NCBI GenBank assembly: GCA_964609075.1
Contig: CAZSQP010000003.1
Span: 36,907 to 100,906 of the forward strand
Direction of reading: 5' to 3'
DNA from: an uncultured Candidatus Saccharibacteria bacterium
GTDB lineage: Bacteria; Patescibacteriota; Minisyncoccia; Minisyncoccales; GWA2-38-27
DNA length: 64,000 bases
This document shows, piece after piece, positions 39,100 through 48,406 of this stretch. The position numbers and the translations under genes are program-made. The notes beneath the pieces are model-generated. The model was not told where the DNA came from. It searched no databases and was given only the letters and a program-made list of their open reading frames with translations. Within the stretch, counting starts at the first letter, position 1. The number at the start of each line of letters is the position of its first letter.

Positions 39100-40221
39100 A
39101 TGGCTAACGAACAGACAGAGAAGGCAATAATTAGGGGGCCGTTGATGATTGTGGGGTTGGTTTTGATTTTGTTTGTAAGTTTTTTTCTTGCTCCATGGAT
39201 AAGTTTTTGGGGAAGCCTTGCTGTCTTTTTGGTTTCAGCGGGAATCTTTATCTGGAATTCTCTCAGGAGAATCCCTGCAGACCCTCCTCATGTGGGAGTG
39301 CTGCTTTTTCTGGGAGAGAGAAAGCCGGAAATTATAGGTGAAGGATTGCGTCTTTTCCCTGTCTCAGGACCTCTTACAGATGCTATTCTGGTTGATATCA
39401 CAAAAGTCAATCAGGATTTTCCTGAACAGCTTGTTCGCACCCCTGACAGGGCCGAATTAGCTGTCTCTGTTAGTATTACGTGGCAGCCGGCTTACGGCAG
39501 CTTTAATTTATTGAAAAATTTCATTGACAGCGGCAAAGAAGAAGGTGTGGGGAACATCTTAAGAGACATCGTCAGTGATAGATTAAGAACGTGGGCCTTT
39601 TCAGATACAGAAGGTCCTAGCACTTGGCAGGAGGCCATGGGATCTAGTTATGAGGCTACAGGAATCTTGCTGGAGGCCATTATAGGGGATGAGCTTCCTC
39701 CCGTGCCTTACTTCCCTGTTATACCCCTCCTTAAGTACTTTTCCGGTGTGACGCCTTCGGAGTACGAAAAGGGCAAATGGAACGAAGGCTGGTCTAAATT
39801 AGAGAATCAATTAGAAGCTCTTCCTGTTGAGGAACAAGAAAAAGTTAAGGAGGCTGTAGAGGCGAGAAGAAAGCAAATTCAGAATATGAGAAGGGGAAAC
39901 GGTAAAGTTCCTAAGACAGAACTAGGGATTATAGTTAATAGGTTCACGGTTAACAGTGTGACTCTACGAGGACACACTGCAGAGGCTGCTGACATGAAAG
40001 CTACAGAGGCTCAGCAACGAGAAGCAGAAAAGGAAGAGCTGGACCACATCAGAGAAAGGCTGCAGGAATTGAAAGAATCAGGGATATCAGCCGATGAGGC
40101 TATGAGAGTCATTCAGGTAGAGAGAGGGAAGGTTAGTCAGAGTGTTCAAGTTCACCAAGTTGATCTTTCTCCTCCTCTCCGGGAATTGATTTCTCAAATC
40201 TTCCCTGGTTCCGGCAGTTAA
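39100..40221 (+). CDS. SPFH/band-7 (flotillin/HflK-like) membrane protein; GC-rich
   Basis: N-terminal TM helices, an SPFH core (IPADPPHVGVLLFLGERKPEIIGEGLRLFPVSGP...), a C-terminal coiled coil, and about 47% GC. Confidence 0.6.
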   Translation: MANEQTEKAIIRGPLMIVGLVLILFVSFFLAPWISFWGSLAVFLVSAGIFIWNSLRRIPADPPHVGVLLFLGERKPEIIGEGLRLFPVSGPLTDAILVDITKVNQDFPEQLVRTPDRAELAVSVSITWQPAYGSFNLLKNFIDSGKEEGVGNILRDIVSDRLRTWAFSDTEGPSTWQEAMGSSYEATGILLEAIIGDELPPVPYFPVIPLLKYFSGVTPSEYEKGKWNEGWSKLENQLEALPVEEQEKVKEAVEARRKQIQNMRRGNGKVPKTELGIIVNRFTVNSVTLRGHTAEAADMKATEAQQREAEKEELDHIRERLQELKESGISADEAMRVIQVERGKVSQSVQVHQVDLSPPLRELISQIFPGSGS

Positions 40222-40272
40222 AACAAAAAAGCTCCATCTTAGGAGAGGTGGAGCTTTTATTATATAATATAG

Positions 40273-42603
40273 TTATTTTTTATCTGATGGCTTTCTTCCT
40301 CCCGAGGGGAGATCAGAAGCCTTGCCAGGAGAACTAGAGCTTCCCCTCTTTCTTATTTCTTTTTTTAATTTTCGCCCTCTAAGACGGTCATATACTTTTT
40401 CTTTTTCATATCTTGCTCTAGCCTCTCTCTCCCTTCTTTTTTCTTCCTCTGGGGGCAAAGAAGATTCCCTAATAAGGGTGTCTACACCCTCTTTTGTGGT
40501 TATCGTTCCACCTTTTCCTCCTGCTCTTTTCCAATCATTTAAATAAGCTTGGCCTCCAGGGGTGTAAGCTACTTTTAAGAAAGAAGGGTTAGTTCTTGCC
40601 ATTTCTTTTAGTCCTACTCTTTCTTGAGCTGTTTTTTGGATATTAGCTACATGTTTCCCTCCTTTTGTTTCTCCTATTTCTCTAATAATAGACCAAGAGG
40701 CGTACTTGGCGAGAGCTTCTTGGAGCCCTTCATTATTAAGTGTTTTGTCATCTAAATTTTCAACATCTGGCTTCTTAAGCGCCTTTGCGGCCTTCTTAAA
40801 GGCAGCTTTTGCTTTGGCTGTTCCTTTATCGACCCCACTCTTCATCTGTTCTATAATATCATCTTCGTCTGCGAGATTATTTTGTATTAGTTCTCCAAGC
40901 TGATCATCTTCTATAAGTTCTGGTTTGTGTTTTATAAGGTTATCTAGGCTATTGGGAGTATATCTATCAGTTTGTTTGATTATACTGCGCAAGTCAGTTT
41001 CCGGTAGAGCATTAAGACCTTTTGCTCCCTTAGTCTCAGCTAAAGCTTGAGCACCCGCCATTTTTCCTGTGTAGTTTGTTGCAGATAGAGAAGATACGTA
41101 AGCTGCCATGCTTTTATAGTCTTTGCCAAACCTTTTCTTAATCTTCTCTTTATCCTCATTAACTCTATCTTGTATACCGGCTCCATAAGATAAAGCAGCA
41201 GCACCCAATTTTCTTTTTGCGTAACCGAAAGGAGTAGCAGCCTTTCCTAGAAAAGCTCCAACTTTACCTGCTTTAGTTTTAGCGTCCTTAACGCGCGGAA
41301 TTTGTCTTCTAGCAACCCATCTGGATGCTTTTTTACCCCACTCGCTGGTGAGGGCACGACCAGCGGTCTGTCTCGCCAGGCCTTTCCCTCCTCTTATAGC
41401 TCCTTTCCCTCCTTTTTTGGTTAAGTCAATAACGCTACTAGCTCCCATAGCACTAATGGAAACTGCCATAAAGAAGCCCATCACTAAAAAGATTATTACT
41501 ACCCCAAAAGGAAGTATCTCATTCAACAGTCCCCAATCGCTTTCTTGGCTTTGAATGTCGGTATTAATACGAGCTTCTCCTGTTTTTTGAACAAAGGAAT
41601 TAGTATCTAGCTCGGCTAACATATGAACTGAGAGATAGATAAAGAAAGCAGCTATTACTCCTATAAAACACCAAGCAAGAAACTGCTTCCACCACATATC
41701 AAAGAAAGTTCTTGTTTTAGGAAGGATGTAAGCAACAAAAGCTAAGGGTGAAAGTATTACCGCTATCCAAATAGCTATATAGCGAAAAGCAAAAAGAGCA
41801 GCAAATAAAAAGAAGATGAGGCCAGCTATTATAGAAAAAACAACAAGAACAGCCACCTTGCCAAGGATTCCAAGTTGGCCGGTTAAATTGTTTGCGTCGG
41901 TCTCTGACCAAGCATCCCGGACGCTATTTCCTACCTGACTAAATCCATTTCCCAAACTAGCAAAATCTAGAACGCCATCAGATCCAGAGCTCAGAAGAAA
42001 GTCCATCAGGATGTTAGAGGCATCAACGATAACGCCTAGAAGAACAGGAGCAAAGTTTATCAAAAGGGCTATAATTATCAGGGTGGGTAATGTCTTTTTG
42101 GCCTGATAACTTTCTAGTCTTAAAATAGTAGCTAATCCTATAACGATCAAAGCTAAAACAATCCCCATATTAGCCAAGTTACTAGTTACATTCCACCCTA
42201 GTTCTATAATGGGGTTGTCTAGTCCTGTATAAGAGAGAGAAATAAAGTCAGGGCTCATCACCCATTCCAAGATAAAAGCTGATAAAGAAACCCATAAAGT
42301 AGCGAGAGAAAGAGCTAGGGTAGCTATAAGCGTAGTAATAATTCTTAGAAGGCTTCCTAAAGAAGCTTCAAAAGCTTTTTTAGCTAAGTCTCCCAAAAGA
42401 CTGCTCTCTTTATTCCCTTCATACGCCTCAGATTCTGGTCCTAAATAACTAGAAGGAGAAGTGCCTCCCTGAGCCAGTTTGACAGGTTTAGTTTCAGCAA
42501 TTGTTGTTTGGCAAGTGAAAACAAGAGAAACTAGTATAATTAAAAACAACAGAAATCCCTTTTTCCTTAAAAATCCAGTTAGTATATTCAACTTATCCAC
42601 CAT
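40273..42603 (-). CDS. Large polytopic membrane protein with a long Lys-rich C-terminal tail; VirB6/TrbL-like topology
   Basis: Signal/TM, periplasmic segment, at least 6 TM helices, then about 380 aa of hydrophilic tail. Start placed at the internal Met (MVDKLN) to avoid overlapping ksgA. Confidence 0.35.
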   Translation of the reverse strand: MVDKLNILTGFLRKKGFLLFLIILVSLVFTCQTTIAETKPVKLAQGGTSPSSYLGPESEAYEGNKESSLLGDLAKKAFEASLGSLLRIITTLIATLALSLATLWVSLSAFILEWVMSPDFISLSYTGLDNPIIELGWNVTSNLANMGIVLALIVIGLATILRLESYQAKKTLPTLIIIALLINFAPVLLGVIVDASNILMDFLLSSGSDGVLDFASLGNGFSQVGNSVRDAWSETDANNLTGQLGILGKVAVLVVFSIIAGLIFFLFAALFAFRYIAIWIAVILSPLAFVAYILPKTRTFFDMWWKQFLAWCFIGVIAAFFIYLSVHMLAELDTNSFVQKTGEARINTDIQSQESDWGLLNEILPFGVVIIFLVMGFFMAVSISAMGASSVIDLTKKGGKGAIRGGKGLARQTAGRALTSEWGKKASRWVARRQIPRVKDAKTKAGKVGAFLGKAATPFGYAKRKLGAAALSYGAGIQDRVNEDKEKIKKRFGKDYKSMAAYVSSLSATNYTGKMAGAQALAETKGAKGLNALPETDLRSIIKQTDRYTPNSLDNLIKHKPELIEDDQLGELIQNNLADEDDIIEQMKSGVDKGTAKAKAAFKKAAKALKKPDVENLDDKTLNNEGLQEALAKYASWSIIREIGETKGGKHVANIQKTAQERVGLKEMARTNPSFLKVAYTPGGQAYLNDWKRAGGKGGTITTKEGVDTLIRESSLPPEEEKRREREARARYEKEKVYDRLRGRKLKKEIRKRGSSSSPGKASDLPSGGRKPSDKK

Positions 42604-42622
42604 TAAGATATTATAGCAAAAG

Positions 42623-43426
42623 TTAAAATAAAGTGCCAAATGAATTAGCAAGTTTTACCCAGTCTTTGATAGATAAAGTTTCAGCCCTGGCTTTAGGGTT
42701 AAGGCCCTCTTTTAGAAGAATTCTTTTAATTTTATCTTTATCAACTTCTTTTGAAAGATTATTTAAGAGCTGTTTTCTGGGTTGGGAAAAGCCCAGCTTA
42801 ACTATTTTGAAAAATAAATTGCTGTCTACCTTATATTTATATTCAGGAGTGATCTTTAAAAAAGAGCTGTCTACTTTCGGTTTTGGCCAAAAGGAGTTTT
42901 TAGAAACATTAAAAAGTATTTCAGGGTTTCCGTAAAACTGAACAGAAACAGCCAAGATGCTCATATTAGGAGGAGAAGCTGTTATTCTTTCTGCTACTTC
43001 TTTTTGAACCATTAAGTATATTTCTTTTAAAGAGGCCTCTTCTAAAAGCTTTCTTATAACAGGAGAAACTATATAGTAGGGAAGGTTGGCTACTACTTTA
43101 AAATCTTTAAATTGAGAAAGATCTATTTTAAGGATGTCTTTGTTTAGAACTTTCACATTGTTGACATCAGAAAGAGTTTTCTTTAATATCTTACACATTA
43201 AGGGATCTTTTTCTACGGATATAATCTTTTTAGCTTTTTGAGAAAGCCCTAAAGTAAGAGCTCCTAAGCCGGGGCCTATCTCTAGAACAGAATCTTCTGA
43301 AACATCAACAGATTCTAATATTTTTGAAAGAATATTTTTGTCTACAAGAAAGTTCTGACCTAGCCTTTTAGAGGGGCGAACGCCTTCAAGCAATTCCTTT
43401 ATTTTTTTCTTGGAAGTTAAGTCCAT
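42623..43426 (-). CDS. rsmA: 16S rRNA (adenine1518/1519-N6)-dimethyltransferase
   Basis: LGQNFLVD...LEIGPGLGALT motifs. Confidence 0.85.
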   Translation of the reverse strand: MDLTSKKKIKELLEGVRPSKRLGQNFLVDKNILSKILESVDVSEDSVLEIGPGLGALTLGLSQKAKKIISVEKDPLMCKILKKTLSDVNNVKVLNKDILKIDLSQFKDFKVVANLPYYIVSPVIRKLLEEASLKEIYLMVQKEVAERITASPPNMSILAVSVQFYGNPEILFNVSKNSFWPKPKVDSSFLKITPEYKYKVDSNLFFKIVKLGFSQPRKQLLNNLSKEVDKDKIKRILLKEGLNPKARAETLSIKDWVKLANSFGTLF

Positions 43427-43654
43427 TTCTCTATTTTATCTCTTGTTTCGAGCTTAAACAAGGAGAGGGAAAACTTGTGGATAATACCCTTGACCTTTTT
43501 TAAAAATAGCTATACTATAGGAAAATAATAGAAAAATTAACCTTTTACTATTTCTAGAAAATTACCAGCAAAAATAAGGAAAGTAGGATCTTATCTCAAG
43601 TGTTTTTTTTCTAAAAAAGGATGGTTTAAAAATCCCTCCTTTTGTATTAAAGTA

Positions 43655-44647
43655 TTGTTAACCGTTGTTCTTTTCTCTGGTTTGGTTCTAGGGTCAAATG
43701 CAGTCTTAAAATTCCTTCCTCTCAAGGAATTTTCTTTTTTGACAGCAAATTGTTCAAGTAGTATTTCTTTAAATAAGGTCTTTGCAGAGCCTGCCAGAAA
43801 CTTTCTTACAGACTCTCCTGATGTTGTTTTTTCCCAGGAGAATAGTATTTTAGGGTATGCTCCCCATGCCGTGGTTAATCCTCAGGTTTTAGGAAGCTTG
43901 AGTAGTTCTTCTCAGAATAAAGAGATAAGGGAATATCTTATTAAGGAAGGAGATACTATATCTTCTTTAGCAGAGGAGTTTGATATTTCCGTGGAGACAA
44001 TACTTTGGGCTAATGATTTAAGCAGTAGTTCTATAATAAAGCCGGGAGAAGAGCTCCTTATACTCCCTACTTCAGGTGTTTTATATATGGTTAAGAAGGG
44101 AGATACTTTAAGTACTATAGCTCAAAGATACAAAGGAGATGTTGAGGAAATGGTTTCTTACAATAGTCTTGAGAGCGAAGAAGATATTTTTGTAGGAGAT
44201 ATTATTCTTATTCCTGGAGGAAAAGAACCAAAGGAAACTCCGAAGATTAGTTCCGCGCCTATTGCCGATTCCTACTTTATGTTTCCTTGCGAGGGAGAGA
44301 TAAGTCAAGGACTTCATGGGGCTTTCGGCAATGCTATTGATATCGCTAATAAATGCGGCAAACCTGTTGTAGCTGCTGCTGGAGGAACTGTACAGAGAGC
44401 AGGATGGATAACAATCGGCGGTCAAAGAGTGACCATTCTTCATTCCAACGGAGTAGTAAGTTATTACGGCCACCTTTCAGCTATAAATGTTGTTCCCGGA
44501 CAAAAGGTTAATAGAGGAGAGATTATAGGGTATATAGGAAATACCGGATATACAATTGGTATGACAGGTTGTCATCTTCACTTTGAAGTAAGAGGAGCAA
44601 GGAACTTTTTATCAAACTATAGCGTAGGCAGTCATATAAACTGGTAG
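43655..44647 (+). CDS. Secreted peptidoglycan hydrolase: two LysM domains + M23 metallopeptidase
   Basis: Two LysM repeats (YLIKEGDTISSLAEEF; YMVKKGDTLSTIAQRY) and M23 His motifs (HLHFEV). Confidence 0.8.
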   Translation: MLTVVLFSGLVLGSNAVLKFLPLKEFSFLTANCSSSISLNKVFAEPARNFLTDSPDVVFSQENSILGYAPHAVVNPQVLGSLSSSSQNKEIREYLIKEGDTISSLAEEFDISVETILWANDLSSSSIIKPGEELLILPTSGVLYMVKKGDTLSTIAQRYKGDVEEMVSYNSLESEEDIFVGDIILIPGGKEPKETPKISSAPIADSYFMFPCEGEISQGLHGAFGNAIDIANKCGKPVVAAAGGTVQRAGWITIGGQRVTILHSNGVVSYYGHLSAINVVPGQKVNRGEIIGYIGNTGYTIGMTGCHLHFEVRGARNFLSNYSVGSHINW

Positions 44648-44698
44648 AGCAATACAAAAAAGCGCCTCCTTTGAAAAGAGGCGCTTTTTAAATTGATT

Positions 44699-45067
44699 CT
44701 ATTTTGCGCACTTTGCGCACTTTTCAGCTTCAGGGTAGGATTTTAGCCTCTTCTCCTCTATTTTCTTTCCACAGCTTTCGCATTTTCCATACTTTCCCTT
44801 TTTTATCTTACCTAGAGCTTTATTTACTTTTTGGAGGCGCAATTCAAGACTGTGCTCTATGGGTAATAGGGTAGCGTACTTTTCCACTTGGTCTGCTGCA
44901 TCTTCTAAAGCTTGGCTGCCTACTCCGCTGTCTACTTCTGGAAACCTAGTGTCCCAGTCCCCCTCAAGCTTTTTATCTTTAGAGGCAAAGCTTTCAAGAT
45001 CTGATTCGAGATTCTTCTTTTCTTTCTCTAGTTTTTCTTTTAATTCTTTTTCTAAACTCTTTTTCAT
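44699..45067 (-). CDS. DksA/TraR-family C4 zinc-finger protein
   Basis: Cx2Cx17Cx2C (CESCGKK...KCAKC) at the C-terminus of a coiled-coil protein. Confidence 0.6.
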   Translation of the reverse strand: MKKSLEKELKEKLEKEKKNLESDLESFASKDKKLEGDWDTRFPEVDSGVGSQALEDAADQVEKYATLLPIEHSLELRLQKVNKALGKIKKGKYGKCESCGKKIEEKRLKSYPEAEKCAKCAK

Positions 45068-46881
45068 CTTCCGTATAACTCGTTTAGTTTCTTTTTGGTT
45101 AAGGCATCGACAACACCAGTCCCTTCATTTAGGCCGCTTGGATCAAGTATTTCTTCTCTGTATTTGTTTTGAAAATTAATAACAGCTCTTTGAGTTAAAG
45201 GACCGAACCAACCACTGATTATTCCTTCAGGATAAACATTGGGATCTTGAGAAAGCCATTTTTGAAGCAGTCTTACCTCGTCTCCATGGTCTCCATACCT
45301 CAAGTCTTCTGTAATTTCTGGTCTTGGAGGAATAGCGCCTGATTCACCATAAAGCTCGTTTAGCTTAACTCTTGTGTACCGCCCTGCTTTTCCAGTCCCT
45401 TTTACTTTGCCTTGAGGAGCTAAAATCTCAGAAGCGTATTTTTCCTGGAATTTGGTTACAGCTTGGGTAGTAAGAGGACCGTAAAAACCGGTAACTAGTC
45501 CTCTGGGGTAGGTAGCGGCGTCTTGAGCAAGCCAGGTCTGGAGAACCTCCACCTCGTATCCTCTGTCTCCGTATTCAAGATCCTGAGTTAGTTCTACTGT
45601 GGGTCCGGGGATACCAAGCTTTTCTATTACTTGTTCCATACTATTAAAAGAACTTGTAAAGACAAAATAGTTGTCTGAGACAAGGTAGCAGATTCCAACA
45701 TCGCTTGTATCTAAGGTTTGATATCTAAAATTATGGCCTACGTATCCTGGAAGCTGATTAGCGTTTCTAAAGTAATTAACTACTGGAGGCTTGTCTTCTA
45801 TTACAAGAGCAAAGAGAGGTTTAAAGTCTTCTTCCATACTGGATTCTTGGGAAAGTAGGATATTTTCTAGATTTTCTTTCTCTTTTACTTCTACAACAAA
45901 ACCTATTCTGTTTCCCTGAGGTTGGGAATAAACGAATAAATTAAAGTCATCTTCAACAAGAGAATAGATATTATTAGGATCTCTTATCTCTAGCGCGTCA
46001 AAGAAGTCTTGAAGGTTTAAGAAATTATTTTCTGATGTGTTTTTAAATATTATTCTTTTGAATGTTCCTGTGTCTAAAAATTCTTGGAAAGTCTGAGAGA
46101 GCAAGCTTTCAACTTCATTTAGGTTAGAAATTTCTAAAGTTCTCTTCTCTGAGACAGGGAAGAGAGAGGGAGGTGCTACTATCTCTTCTTTTTCTTTTAA
46201 ACAAACGCCGTTTTCGCAATAAAATCCCTCCTGGCAGTCTTCGTTATTACTACACTGTTCTAGAGAAGGAGCTTCTTTACAATTTCCTTCAGAGCTACAA
46301 ACAAAACCTGTGGGACAATCTTGGTCTGCAGTGCAACCTATATGAGGTTCTGGTCTCACCTTAAAATACCAGTACCAGAAACTTGCTACTCCAGCCAGAA
46401 CAACTAGTATTAAACAGAAAACAACTATTCTTACCCATAGTTTTTCTCTTAGAGAAAGTTTTTTAGGAAGGGGTCTTATAAAAGGAGGGGCTTTTTCTTG
46501 GGGTTTTTCAGCTTCAGGAGGTTTTCTCTCGGTTTTTTCTTTCTTAGGAGAAGGTCTTCTAAAAGACAGAGAAGGTCCTGGGGAGGACTCTTTTCTAGAG
46601 GGAGGAACAGGAGCTGTTTCTTTAACTTTCTTTTTTGTTTTGTTTTTCAGTTTTTCTAATCTTTCTTTTGCTTTCTTTATCCTTTCTGCTGCTGATTCTT
46701 CCGGCTTTTCTTTGTTCTGTCTTATTATTTCTTCTAAAATCTGACTAGGAGAAGCTCCTCCTTTTAAAGCTTTTTCAAATACCTCTTTTTTAGAGGGGTT
46801 CTGTTCAATTATCTCTTCTAGTATTTTCTTGTCTTCAGTCCCTCTTTCTCTGGCTTTTTTGATTGATTCTACTATTCCCAT
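45064..46881 (-). CDS. Membrane protein with a Cys-rich module and two C-terminal peptidoglycan-binding (PG_binding_1-like) domains
   Basis: TM segment LWVRIVVFCLILVVLAGVASFWYWYF and two copies of LxYGDxGxEVxxLQxWL...G.FGP.T..AV..FQ.KY. Confidence 0.5.
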   Translation of the reverse strand: MGIVESIKKARERGTEDKKILEEIIEQNPSKKEVFEKALKGGASPSQILEEIIRQNKEKPEESAAERIKKAKERLEKLKNKTKKKVKETAPVPPSRKESSPGPSLSFRRPSPKKEKTERKPPEAEKPQEKAPPFIRPLPKKLSLREKLWVRIVVFCLILVVLAGVASFWYWYFKVRPEPHIGCTADQDCPTGFVCSSEGNCKEAPSLEQCSNNEDCQEGFYCENGVCLKEKEEIVAPPSLFPVSEKRTLEISNLNEVESLLSQTFQEFLDTGTFKRIIFKNTSENNFLNLQDFFDALEIRDPNNIYSLVEDDFNLFVYSQPQGNRIGFVVEVKEKENLENILLSQESSMEEDFKPLFALVIEDKPPVVNYFRNANQLPGYVGHNFRYQTLDTSDVGICYLVSDNYFVFTSSFNSMEQVIEKLGIPGPTVELTQDLEYGDRGYEVEVLQTWLAQDAATYPRGLVTGFYGPLTTQAVTKFQEKYASEILAPQGKVKGTGKAGRYTRVKLNELYGESGAIPPRPEITEDLRYGDHGDEVRLLQKWLSQDPNVYPEGIISGWFGPLTQRAVINFQNKYREEILDPSGLNEGTGVVDALTKKKLNELYGR

Positions 46882-46891
46882 TGTTTAAGGT

Positions 46892-48397
46892 TTAAATTTT
46901 GAAATCTAAATCAGAAAGATTAGATTCTTTTTCAGGAGTTTCTTTTTTAACCTCCTCTTTTGATTCTTCTGGTTGTTTTTTAGGTTCCTCGACTTCTTTT
47001 TCTGTAGGCTCTTTCTTCGGAGCTTCTTCTTTAATCTCTTCTTTTTTAACCTCCTCCTTAGGTTTTTCTTCTTCCTGAGGCTCTTTTTCTGGAGTTTCTT
47101 TTTTGATCTCTTCTTCAGGTCCTCCTGAAAGCTGTTTATCTATTTCTTTTATTCTATCTACAACACTTGCTGCTTGATTTAAAATATCCTGCCTTCTCTT
47201 TTCCGTATCTTTAATTTTCTTTTCTGCTTGATTCTTCTGGTTTTCTATGTCCCACCTTTCTTTTTCTTTTTCCTTTCTTTTTTTCTCAATTTCCCACCTT
47301 TCTTTTTCTAGCTTTTCTTTCTCTTTGAGGTCTTCTGTTATTTCTTCCTCCTCCTCTATAAGTCTTTTATCTTCTTCTATTTGCTTTTCTTCTTCCTTTG
47401 TTTTTTCCAGAGACTGTTTTATCTCTTCAAGCTTTTGCTGAGTTTCCTCATTTTCTTTTAAAAGAGAGGACTTAACCTGTTCTAGTCTTTTCTGCTTTAT
47501 TTTTAAGTCCATTTTCTCTATTTGAATATCTATATTCTTCTTTTCCTCTTCAATTTCATCTATTTTCTGCTGGATTTCATTTTCTTCCTGCTTAATATCT
47601 TCTAGTTTTTGATCTAATTCTTTTATCTTCGCTTGGCTTTCTTGTATTTTTTTATCCCAAGGCCACCTCTTTTTTTCCTGCTCCCTCCTCTTTTCTTCTG
47701 CTTTCCATCTTTCTTTCTCTATCTTTCTTTTTTTCCTTTCATTGGTAGCCTTTTTTTCTTTTTCTTCAAGTCCTCTTAATTTTTCTTCAAGCTTTTCTTC
47801 TCTTTTAGAAATGGCTTCAAACTTTGCCTTAGTGTTTTCTATTTCTTTTTCAAAGTCCCCCTTTTCTTTTAAAATAGGGTCTTTTTTAGTTGAAAACTGT
47901 TGGAGTTTGTTTTTAAGGTCTTTTTCTTTCTGTTCTAATTCCTCCTTTTTTTCTAAAAGGATCTTTTTCTTGTATTTTGGATCATTTTTTCTTTTTTCCT
48001 CCTCTTTCCTCTTCCTTTCTTCTGCCTCTTTTCTAGCTTCCTCCTCTTTCCTCTTCCTTTCTTCTGCTTCCTTTCTAGCTTCCTCCTCTTTCCTTTTCCT
48101 TTCTTCTGCTTCCTTTCTAGCTTCCTCCTCTTTCCTCTTTCTTTCTTCTGCCTCCTTCTTAGCTTCCTTTCCTTTCCTTCCCTCTTCTTTTATCTTTGTT
48201 TCTTCTAACGTTTCCTTCTCTTCTTCAATTTTTTCCTCGATTTCTTCCTGTCTTTCTATTTGTGCCTCCTGAGGTTTTCGCTCTTGAGGTTTGGGTAGTT
48301 CTTCTTTCGGTCTTTTTTTCTCTAGAGGTTCTCCTTTTTTAGCCCTCTCAATATCCTTCTTCATTGTGCGGATATTTTTATTGTTTTTTTGGGCCAT
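46892..48397 (-). CDS. Highly charged Lys/Glu-rich coiled-coil protein with 14-aa tandem repeats (EEARKEAEERKRKE)
   Basis: Low-complexity K/E composition; DNA tandem repeat present. Confidence 0.45.
   Translation of the reverse strand: MAQKNNKNIRTMKKDIERAKKGEPLEKKRPKEELPKPQERKPQEAQIERQEEIEEKIEEEKETLEETKIKEEGRKGKEAKKEAEERKRKEEEARKEAEERKRKEEEARKEAEERKRKEEEARKEAEERKRKEEEKRKNDPKYKKKILLEKKEELEQKEKDLKNKLQQFSTKKDPILKEKGDFEKEIENTKAKFEAISKREEKLEEKLRGLEEKEKKATNERKKRKIEKERWKAEEKRREQEKKRWPWDKKIQESQAKIKELDQKLEDIKQEENEIQQKIDEIEEEKKNIDIQIEKMDLKIKQKRLEQVKSSLLKENEETQQKLEEIKQSLEKTKEEEKQIEEDKRLIEEEEEITEDLKEKEKLEKERWEIEKKRKEKEKERWDIENQKNQAEKKIKDTEKRRQDILNQAASVVDRIKEIDKQLSGGPEEEIKKETPEKEPQEEEKPKEEVKKEEIKEEAPKKEPTEKEVEEPKKQPEESKEEVKKETPEKESNLSDLDFKI
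47997..48164. repeat. Tandem repeat, 42-bp unit x about 4
   Basis: cttcctcctctttcctcttcctttcttctgcttcctttctag repeated; encodes the 14-aa repeat. Confidence 0.8.
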
Positions 48398-48406
48398 AAA
48401 AGACTT

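Noticed and set aside
43477-43485. Perfect DnaA box TGTGGATAA just upstream of the -35 of the LysM/M23 gene promoter
   Set aside because: It is a single 9-mer, and about 0.5 chance occurrences are expected in 64 kb. There is no cluster, so it is not taken as an origin or DnaA-regulated site.
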